8,357 nt of DNA. Origin: Francisellaceae bacterium UBA6186 (GTDB taxonomy: Bacteria > Pseudomonadota > Gammaproteobacteria > UBA6186 > Azoamicaceae). The notes under the pieces are model-generated. The model was given only the letters and a program-made list of their open reading frames with translations. It was not told the DNA's origin and made no database searches. Positions 1-5,529 of the stretch are shown piece by piece; position 1 is the first letter of the stretch; each line of letters begins with the position of its first letter. The translations under genes were made by a program, and so were the position numbers. The stretch covers positions 1 through 8,357 of the forward strand of contig DITK01000058.1 in assembly GCA_002422785.1 (NCBI GenBank). The letters are read 5' to 3'.

Positions 1-2
1 GG

Positions 3-89
3 GAACAAACCTACTCCCACTCAATAAACACCGATTTACTAGAACAAGCATATATGCGGCTCTTAGAGCATTTAAAAAGTAGTGTGTAA
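3..89 (+). CDS. Partial CDS (3' end only, start lies outside the window); possibly the C-terminus of a tyrosine recombinase
   Basis: Frame 3 is open from the window edge to TAA at 87-89 and reads EQTYSHSINTDLLEQAYMRLLEHLKSSV*. The T-Y-S-H-S stretch resembles the catalytic-Tyr region KDTYYHTT of the 425-aa integrase in this window. Frame 2 is also open to 82, so the frame choice rests only on this motif resemblance. Confidence 0.3.
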   Translation, partial: EQTYSHSINTDLLEQAYMRLLEHLKSSV

Positions 90-218
90 CTTTTGTGCAT
101 ATCAACGTAACCTATTAACTTTTAATGAAAGTGAAAATAACGTTTAAAAACAAACACTGAATATCAATTTGGTTACACGCTGTGCAAGATAGTAAGTCTT
201 TATTAGAGTTCAATGTTG

Positions 219-3005
219 CTAAGCTTTAACTTTTCTCTTTTTAACTGGTGCGGAAGGAAGCAAACTTGTTAGTTCTTCATAACGCTTGAACAAGAATGCA
301 ACTCTGCTAGCATCGTCATCAGTACCTTTGTATCCAAATATCTTATCAACCACTTTGTTATTCGCAGTGTGTGCTTTAGCAAGTTCTACAGGCATTGTTA
401 AAGGATCATATAAATCAGCCAAACTAAATGCTGGGTATTTTTCTCTTGCATTTAAAATATCTTGTGCAGTTTTATTTACAGCTGCATCAGCTTCTTCACT
501 TACAGATTTAGGATAAGGAAAATTGTTATAAACGATTGTATTTGAGTAACTATAATCACTTTTCATTCTTCCGCACACTGCCCTCATCCAAGCCATATGC
601 ATAGAACTATTTAAAATAGCAAAACTACTAAGAGTGGCATTAGAAACAAAAAATATTTTATCGCCACAAATAGTAGAGTTGTTTAAATATGCAATAGGTA
701 TGTAAGCTCTGCGTTCACTACTTACTTTTGGTATCGCCAAGTACGTAGAAGAATTAGATATTCTAATTTCACCAAATCGTGTTGGGCTATTAGCTAGTGC
801 AACTGTGATTTCTTTTTTAGATGCAAGTCTCATTTTTCTTACAGCTTCAACACGCTCTAATACAAGTGGCATTTTCTTAAGCTCTGATGCAGAAATATTT
901 TCTAACCATAAACACCAACGATCAATTCCATTAATAAATTCATCACCCATTAAGTAACGCTTTATCCATTTTTCTGCACTAGGTTCTTTAATTAATAAAT
1001 CATTTTTTTCATCATCACTCAATAATAAATTTCCACCATCAACAGGGGAACTTCCCCTAGTCATTGTGGGCATACTTAAAATTAGTGGTGATTTTCTTTT
1101 TTCTAATAAAACGTTAGCAGCATCAACTAAGTAAGCATTGATTTGCTTTACTTTAACTTCAACAGGCTCTAATGCAATATCTGCATATGTATATATACGC
1201 TTAATATTTCTATCAAATTTTGCAAATCCAATAACAACACAATGAACAGCAGCAATTCCTTTGCCTTCATTACTCCATTTAAATGTTTTGTGCGCAAAGT
1301 TAATTTTTATTCCCTTAGCACTTAAACTACGCCAAAGTACTGCGGGCTGTTCACCCTGTGTAATACTGTTAGTTGAAACAAAAGCACATTCGATTAATTC
1401 ATTATTCTGTATGTAATTTGCAGCTTTTACGTACCAACCACAAACATAATCGAGAACACCTGCACCATGTAATTTACCAAATACAACTTCTAAATCTTCT
1501 TTCTGCTCTTTACTTTGTACGCTGTAACCAATAAATGGTGGATTTCCCAACACATAACTACATTTAAGTGCTGATAAAACATCATCCCAGTCAATACGTA
1601 AGGCATTATTAACTGTAATTTGAGGTGTGGCAGTTAAAGGAATAGTTGCACGTGTCGTACCAAAATACTTTGCTGCCTGCTCATTTTGTTGATGATCTGT
1701 TATGTATAGAGCAACACGAGCGATATGTGCAGCAGCTTCATCTATTTCAATACCATAAAACTGTGTAAGATTGACACGGCATAGAGTTGAAACATCAAGT
1801 AACCCTCGCCTCTTATTTAATTCAAATAATTCAGCAATTACATCATTTTCTAATTTTCTTAGTTCTCTGTATGCAATAACAAGAAAATTACCACAACCAC
1901 AAGCTGGGTCAAAAAATGTAAGGGTTGGCAATTTATCGTAAAGAGTTTTAAGCTTTGTTTTATTATTCTTTGCCGTTTCAAATTCAGCTCTTAGTGTTTC
2001 TAAAAACAACGGATTAATAACACGAAGAATATTACGTTCGCTAGTGTAATGTGCACCTAACTCTCTTCTTGTAGCTTGACGTGTTTCGTGCGTTGCATGT
2101 TCCTCAAGTACACCTTGAAACATTGCACCAAATATTGCAGGACTAATTGCACTCCAATCAAGCGTTGCACACGTAAGTAATAACTCTCTCAACTCACTAT
2201 TAAAAACTGGTATACGTGTACGTTCTTCAAACAAGCTACCGTTAACATACGGAAATGCTGCAAGAGTGTCATCTAACGTACTTTGCCTATCAGCATCATT
2301 AGTATTTAAGATGTCAAAAAGTTCGTTTAGTTTTTGCCCAGTATCACTACCATCAGCTTTAGCATTTTCAACAAATCTTCTAAAGCGTCCGTTATCACCA
2401 AAAATGTTTGTGTCATCTGCAAACAAGCAAAACAACAAACGAGTTAAGAAAACTTCTAAGTCACGACCTTTAAAATTAATTCGTATTAGTGCTTCATGCA
2501 ATCTACTAATTGCATACGCCGCGTTACGATTGATTGGCGTTTCCTCGACAATTGCTGTCTGCTCATCACCATATAAAAATTTAAACCAACTACCATGTTT
2601 TGGTAATTCAGCTAGCGTTGTTTCATGTGTTTCATTAGCAGCAAGATCATGTAGGACAATACGTGAAAAGTCACTGGTAATTATGTACTTGGGACGCTCC
2701 TCTGGTTTTAGTGCAAGAAAATATTCTTGTGCTTGCTCGTAAGCTATGCCCAAGTCCTTGCCCTTACTCTTATGCTCAACAATCAGCAAGCCTGGTATAA
2801 AGCTATCAATGCGACCTAAGTTGCCATCCAACTTACGTACTTGCTGTTCAAATACAGTCACCTCTGCGGCACTAATACCAAAGCAGTTATAAAAGCTTGC
2901 CCAAAACATCTGTGCTTGCCGTTGCTCGTTCTCAGCTGTTTTGAACTGTTTGGCAAATTTCTGCAAACGTGTTTTTACTTCTGTGCTTGATAGTCGTGCT
3001 GTCAT
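219..3005 (-). CDS. MmeI-family type IIL/IIG bifunctional restriction endonuclease and N6-adenine DNA methyltransferase (single polypeptide, 928 aa from ATG 3005)
   Basis: A long ORF that matches remembered MmeI blocks along its whole length. The N-terminal PD-(D/E)xK motif is D-x9-E-x-K in GRIDSFIPGLLIVEHKSKGKDL (D codon 2805-2807, E 2775-2777, K 2769-2771). Further matching blocks are LLFCLFADDT, AAFPYVNGSLFEE, LDWSAISPAIFGAMFQ and LGAHYTSERNIL. SAM motif I is FFDPACGCGNFL (1881-1916) and catalytic motif IV is NPPF (1533-1544). C-terminal blocks are CAFVSTNSITQGEQ, KINFAHKTFKW, GDEFINGIDRWCLWL, LYDPLTMP and FLFKRYEELTSLLP. I moved the start from GTG 3029 to ATG 3005 because an AAGAGGG Shine-Dalgarno lies 5 nt upstream of the ATG, whereas the GTG falls inside the predicted -10 box. 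Confidence 0.95.
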   Translation of the reverse strand: MTARLSSTEVKTRLQKFAKQFKTAENEQRQAQMFWASFYNCFGISAAEVTVFEQQVRKLDGNLGRIDSFIPGLLIVEHKSKGKDLGIAYEQAQEYFLALKPEERPKYIITSDFSRIVLHDLAANETHETTLAELPKHGSWFKFLYGDEQTAIVEETPINRNAAYAISRLHEALIRINFKGRDLEVFLTRLLFCLFADDTNIFGDNGRFRRFVENAKADGSDTGQKLNELFDILNTNDADRQSTLDDTLAAFPYVNGSLFEERTRIPVFNSELRELLLTCATLDWSAISPAIFGAMFQGVLEEHATHETRQATRRELGAHYTSERNILRVINPLFLETLRAEFETAKNNKTKLKTLYDKLPTLTFFDPACGCGNFLVIAYRELRKLENDVIAELFELNKRRGLLDVSTLCRVNLTQFYGIEIDEAAAHIARVALYITDHQQNEQAAKYFGTTRATIPLTATPQITVNNALRIDWDDVLSALKCSYVLGNPPFIGYSVQSKEQKEDLEVVFGKLHGAGVLDYVCGWYVKAANYIQNNELIECAFVSTNSITQGEQPAVLWRSLSAKGIKINFAHKTFKWSNEGKGIAAVHCVVIGFAKFDRNIKRIYTYADIALEPVEVKVKQINAYLVDAANVLLEKRKSPLILSMPTMTRGSSPVDGGNLLLSDDEKNDLLIKEPSAEKWIKRYLMGDEFINGIDRWCLWLENISASELKKMPLVLERVEAVRKMRLASKKEITVALANSPTRFGEIRISNSSTYLAIPKVSSERRAYIPIAYLNNSTICGDKIFFVSNATLSSFAILNSSMHMAWMRAVCGRMKSDYSYSNTIVYNNFPYPKSVSEEADAAVNKTAQDILNAREKYPAFSLADLYDPLTMPVELAKAHTANNKVVDKIFGYKGTDDDASRVAFLFKRYEELTSLLPSAPVKKRKVKA

Positions 3006-3015
3006 GTTTACCCTC

Positions 3016-3057
3016 TTGTCTCGTATCACTATAGCCGCTATAGTAGTTTTGTGACAA
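3016..3057. promoter_or_regulatory. Dyad-symmetric divergent promoter pair with a perfect 17-bp palindromic operator candidate (3028-3044)
   Basis: The palindrome is ACTATAGC-C-GCTATAGT (3028-3044). Plus-strand promoter: -35 TTGTCT 3016-3021, 17-bp spacer, -10 TATAGT 3039-3044, followed by SD AGGAGA 3073-3078 and ATG 3085. Minus-strand promoter: -35 TTGTCA (complement of 3052-3057), 18-bp spacer, -10 TATAGT (complement of 3028-3033), followed by the SD and ATG 3005. The outer TTGTC and GACAA elements are also inverted repeats. Confidence 0.5.
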
Positions 3058-3084
3058 TTTTTTTATGTATACAGGAGATATGAA

Positions 3085-3384
3085 ATGGCAACGCGTAAAC
3101 CACGTACTTCAAAAACAAGTGATGAACTTAAGAAAGAGCTTGAAGCAGCTAAGAGAAAAATTGCAGATCTCGAAAAACGTGCATATGCAGAAGAACTTAC
3201 AGAGCTAATTAAATCAACTAATATTGTCGCTGATTTTACAAAAATAAAAAGCAAAGTTAAAGACATTAAACCAGTTGCAATTTTACAAGCCATCGCAAGT
3301 GCTGTTGGTTTAAAACGAGTACAGATAGTAGAACCTGAACCTGTCAAGCGTAAGCCACGTTCACCTAAAACAGGCACAAAGTAA
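3085..3384 (+). CDS. Hypothetical small basic protein (99 aa): central coiled-coil-like region with an RKPR motif in each terminal tail
   Basis: A strong SD (AGGAGA) lies 6 nt upstream of ATG 3085. The stop overlaps the next start (TAATG at 3382-3386). Charged heptad-like segment: DELKKELEAAKRKIADLEKRAYAEELTELIK. N-terminal tail TRKPRTSKT and C-terminal tail KRKPRSPKT. The antisense 119-aa ORF has no comparable signals. Confidence 0.75.
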   Translation: MATRKPRTSKTSDELKKELEAAKRKIADLEKRAYAEELTELIKSTNIVADFTKIKSKVKDIKPVAILQAIASAVGLKRVQIVEPEPVKRKPRSPKTGTK

Positions 3385-3740
3385 TGGCGGCGCAACGTAG
3401 GAAACTCACGTTGCGTGAGCAAATATTTAACGAAAAAGTTAAAGCATGGAATTTATATAACAGTATGCAAGTTCAAAAGGTACTTGAACATACAAGCAGA
3501 GATGAACAAGATGAAATCAACTATACCTATAAAAAAATATACAAATACTGGGGGGGCGTTGAATTTGTTAATTGGTTACGTGCTGTATATAAAATATGCA
3601 GAGACAGAAACAAGAATATCGAAAACATCATCATCTTAAATTTACCTAAAAGAACAGATAGTGATGCAGTGAAAATTCATAACTTAAAAGTTATTGCAAA
3701 GCAGATGGGTTTGGATGTAACTATTACTAAAAATTCTTAA
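3384..3740 (+). CDS. Hypothetical protein (118 aa), translationally coupled to the upstream gene
   Basis: ATG 3384 overlaps the upstream TAA by 1 nt. It is on the same strand as its neighbours and fits tightly between them. I recognise no family motif. It contains a G7 homopolymer at 3550-3556. Confidence 0.75.
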   Translation: MAAQRRKLTLREQIFNEKVKAWNLYNSMQVQKVLEHTSRDEQDEINYTYKKIYKYWGGVEFVNWLRAVYKICRDRNKNIENIIILNLPKRTDSDAVKIHNLKVIAKQMGLDVTITKNS

Positions 3741-3766
3741 ATTTAATTCTTAATTTGGTTACCAAC

Positions 3767-4456
3767 ATGCTTGATACAACATCATATGCTGATAAGTTAC
3801 CTCAAACACTTAATGAAACTCTAAAAGAGTTTACTGCTGGTGAATGTGTAATGGTTAGAAAAACAAAAGACAATGACAAGCGTAAAGGTAAATCAGGTAA
3901 TTGTCACATTAATGTACAAAACTGTATAGATATAGAAGGTGGAAACTCAGTAAGTGGTTGGCTACTAAAACGAGATCAAAAACTTATTGATAAAGATATG
4001 TATGCTTGGAATTTTCACAGTGTTTGGGAAAAACCTGACGGGAAATTACTTGATGTAACTGAAGATAAAAATTATATTGGTAGAGATAAAAGTATATTCG
4101 TACCAGATAGCTATAGAAAACCTGATTTAATTAAAGGTTTATCTTTTAACAGCTTTATTATTTTTACTAATCATGCGTTTACAAAGTATTACGGCAATGC
4201 TATTGGTAAAGACTTAATTTCAAACAAAATATATTGGTGTGACAATACACTTACAAATTTAATTGAAAAAGATAAACATAGTGGTGAATATCTTTTACTT
4301 AAAAATTACCCAAATAATTTAAAAAAGATGTGTGATCAATATGAATTTGATTACATAGATGGAAAATTCATTGCTCGTGCAGGAAGCAAATACGAAGGTA
4401 TGGATGGTTTACCAATACAAGCTATATTTGATTACAACTTAAAATTGAGAGCATAG
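3767..4456 (+). CDS. Hypothetical protein (229 aa from ATG 3767; alternative TTG 3755) with a putative transglutaminase-like or papain-like Cys-His-Asp core
   Basis: This is the third gene of the operon, 26 nt after the previous stop. The motifs GKSGNCHINVQNC (Cys codon 3902-3904) and WNFHSVWEKPDGKLLDVTED (His 4016-4018, Asp 4052-4054) give a C-x37-H-x11-D spacing. The local context resembles the G-x-C ... H-x-W-x-E ... D-x-T pattern of transglutaminase-like folds. Neither candidate start has a strong SD. Confidence 0.8.
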   Translation: MLDTTSYADKLPQTLNETLKEFTAGECVMVRKTKDNDKRKGKSGNCHINVQNCIDIEGGNSVSGWLLKRDQKLIDKDMYAWNFHSVWEKPDGKLLDVTEDKNYIGRDKSIFVPDSYRKPDLIKGLSFNSFIIFTNHAFTKYYGNAIGKDLISNKIYWCDNTLTNLIEKDKHSGEYLLLKNYPNNLKKMCDQYEFDYIDGKFIARAGSKYEGMDGLPIQAIFDYNLKLRA

Positions 4457-4472
4457 CTTAATTTTTATTAAA

Positions 4473-5048
4473 TTAAATTAATTCCACTGCACGCCTTTGC
4501 ATAGCCTCGTTAACATCTATATAGACCTGAGTTGTAGAAATATTGGCATGGCGAGCAAGCGACATTAATACGCGAACACCAACGCCCTTCTCAGCTAAGT
4601 TAGTAATAAAAGTACGTCTACCACTATGACTACTTGCGCCATTTATACCTGCTCGTTTGTATAGATAATGAAAATGTTGCGTTAGCGTGTTAGCTGTAAA
4701 TCCTTCACCACCCTTCTTCTGTGTATAAATCAACTTGTCTTGCTTGTTAATACATGGAACTTGTGCAATGTAAGATTGCAATTCTTTACGTAGCTTTTCA
4801 CTAACAAATACTGTTCCAGTCTTGCTACCTTTTGTTTGTTCTGCACTTAAGTAAATTTCACCTTTTACTTTATCCTCATCGTCAAGTACATCGCCATAAC
4901 GCAAACTAGCAACTTCTTTGCTACGTAATCCTGCGTAAAAAGTTAAAAGTAATGCAATACGATTTCTATGCGAATGATTACGTGTTGCAACATAATCCAA
5001 TACCTTTCGTATTTCCTGTGCTGTTAGTGTTTTTGCTTGCTTTGACAT
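4473..5048 (-). CDS. Small tyrosine site-specific recombinase, catalytic domain only (191 aa from ATG 5048; the ORF is open to ATG 5138, giving 221 aa)
   Basis: The catalytic signature is present: R in FYAGLRSKEV, H-x-x-R in SHSGRRTF, H in LARHANIS and Y in TTQVYIDV. Size and N-terminus (MSKQAKTLTAQEIRKVL) resemble FimB/FimE-type recombinases that lack an arm or core-binding domain. I prefer ATG 5048 because AGGAGA lies 6 nt upstream, and the 30-codon extension would have to read that AGG AGA as tandem rare codons. ATG 5138 has a weaker AAGGA. Confidence 0.85.
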   Translation of the reverse strand: MSKQAKTLTAQEIRKVLDYVATRNHSHRNRIALLLTFYAGLRSKEVASLRYGDVLDDEDKVKGEIYLSAEQTKGSKTGTVFVSEKLRKELQSYIAQVPCINKQDKLIYTQKKGGEGFTANTLTQHFHYLYKRAGINGASSHSGRRTFITNLAEKGVGVRVLMSLARHANISTTQVYIDVNEAMQRRAVELI

Positions 5049-5189
5049 TAATGCTCTCCTAAATGTAAGCTTTTGTATGTCTAAAGCATATTTTCTTTGT
5101 TTGTTTTCTGCGACCTTTTTATTGTTATTTTGTATCATTGCAATTTCCTTAATTAATTCAACAACTTAATGCTCCACTTACAATAAAAT

Positions 5190-5213
5190 CAAAGCTTTTG
5201 TGTATTAGCTTTG
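5190..5213. repeat. Inverted repeat CAAAGCT-N10-AGCTTTG in the recombinase upstream region
   Basis: Arms at 5190-5196 and 5207-5213 are perfect reverse complements. It contains AAGCTT. The 10-mer AAGCTTTTGT recurs as a direct repeat at 5067-5076 and 5192-5201. Confidence 0.4.
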
Positions 5214-5249
5214 GTTTTTACTAAATTGATGCATGTTGTCTATCTCCCA

Positions 5250-5358
5250 CAGCTTCAAGCTGGCGCTGTAATACGCTGTGTACGCTATTAGTCCATTTTC
5301 CTGTTATACATACACTCAGTTAGCGTTTATCTACGTTTACAGCGTGTATTGCAGCTTG
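5250..5358. repeat. Composite dyad and iteron cluster (candidate origin or recombinase/Rep binding region)
   Basis: Palindrome CAGCTT-C-AAGCTG at 5250-5262. Three tandem units follow: CGCTGTAATA (5264-5273), CGCTGTGTA (5274-5282) and CGCTATTAG (5283-5291). There is an imperfect inverted repeat of about 29 bp between 5256-5284 and 5333-5358. Its perfect cores are CAAGCTG/CAGCTTG (5256-5262 and 5352-5358) and CGCTGTAA/TTACAGCG (5264-5271 and 5337-5344). A T-rich, C-poor tract follows at about 5360-5455. Confidence 0.45.
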
Positions 5359-5468
5359 TATCAGTGTTGTTGTTTTATATTTACTTGCTGACTTTGTTGT
5401 TAGTATTTTTAACTTGTATTGTTCTGTAAGTATTAGTTAGTTTATTTTATTTAGGCAAAGCTTCGCTA

Positions 5469-5492
5469 ATTAAAGCTTAAACAAGCTTTAAT
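5469..5492. repeat. Perfect 10-bp stem, 4-nt loop hairpin ATTAAAGCTT-AAAC-AAGCTTTAAT, 38 nt downstream of the Rep-like gene stop
   Basis: Arms at 5469-5478 and 5483-5492 are exact reverse complements. It is flanked by the near-palindrome GCAAAGCTTCGC (5456-5467). Neither strand has a U-tract, so it is not a canonical intrinsic terminator. Confidence 0.45.
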
Positions 5493-5529
5493 GCAATCAG
5501 CAAAAGACAAACGTGGTCAGTAATGCTGT

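Noticed and set aside
166-176. The 11-mer AATTTGGTTAC is shared with 3752-3762 and could be att-like direct repeats. A GGTTACCAA-like site also occurs near 6674.
   Set aside because: Several identical 11-mers are expected by chance in 8 kb of AT-rich sequence. The positions do not bracket a coherent unit.
81-181. 10-bp inverted repeat with one mismatch (AGTGTGTAAC and GTTACACGCT) separated by 81 nt, downstream of the RM gene.
   Set aside because: With a loop this long and one mismatch, many such pairs are expected by chance in an 8-kb window. It has no supporting context.
286-516. 76-aa plus-strand ORF. The same reasoning covers the 158-aa ORF at 2266-2742.
   Set aside because: Both lie entirely antisense within the MmeI-like gene, which has unambiguous motif support along its whole length. 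Their low-complexity S/L/A-rich translations are typical of shadow ORFs.
219-3029. The large methyltransferase could be a BREX PglX.
   Set aside because: The N-terminal D-x9-E-x-K nuclease motif is present and the size is MmeI-like at about 930 aa. No brxC, pglZ or brxL-type genes are nearby. It fits a type IIL restriction enzyme better.
3063-3422. 119-aa minus-strand ORF antisense to the 99-aa gene. The same reasoning covers the 74-aa alternative-frame ORF at 3415-3639.
   Set aside because: Neither has an RBS or an operon context. The plus-strand genes have a strong SD, a TAATG coupling and consistent tight spacing. The translations look like shadow frames.
4458-4476. TTAATTT-N5-AAATTAA hairpin between the convergent genes, considered as a bidirectional terminator.
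   Set aside because: The 7-bp stem is made entirely of A/T pairs, so its predicted stability is very low, and such dyads are expected by chance in AT-rich DNA.
219-5048. The small recombinase could shuffle target-recognition domains of the RM gene, as in phase-variable RM systems.
   Set aside because: I could not see any duplicated or inverted TRD-like segments or silent cassettes near the 3' end of the RM gene (1-1000). The recombinase is also separated from it by the three-gene operon. A dot-plot would settle this.
5469-5492. The perfect 10-bp hairpin could be an intrinsic terminator for the Rep-like gene.
   Set aside because: The stem is all A/T apart from the GC core, and no U-tract follows on either strand. 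A protein or ssDNA recognition structure is more plausible.
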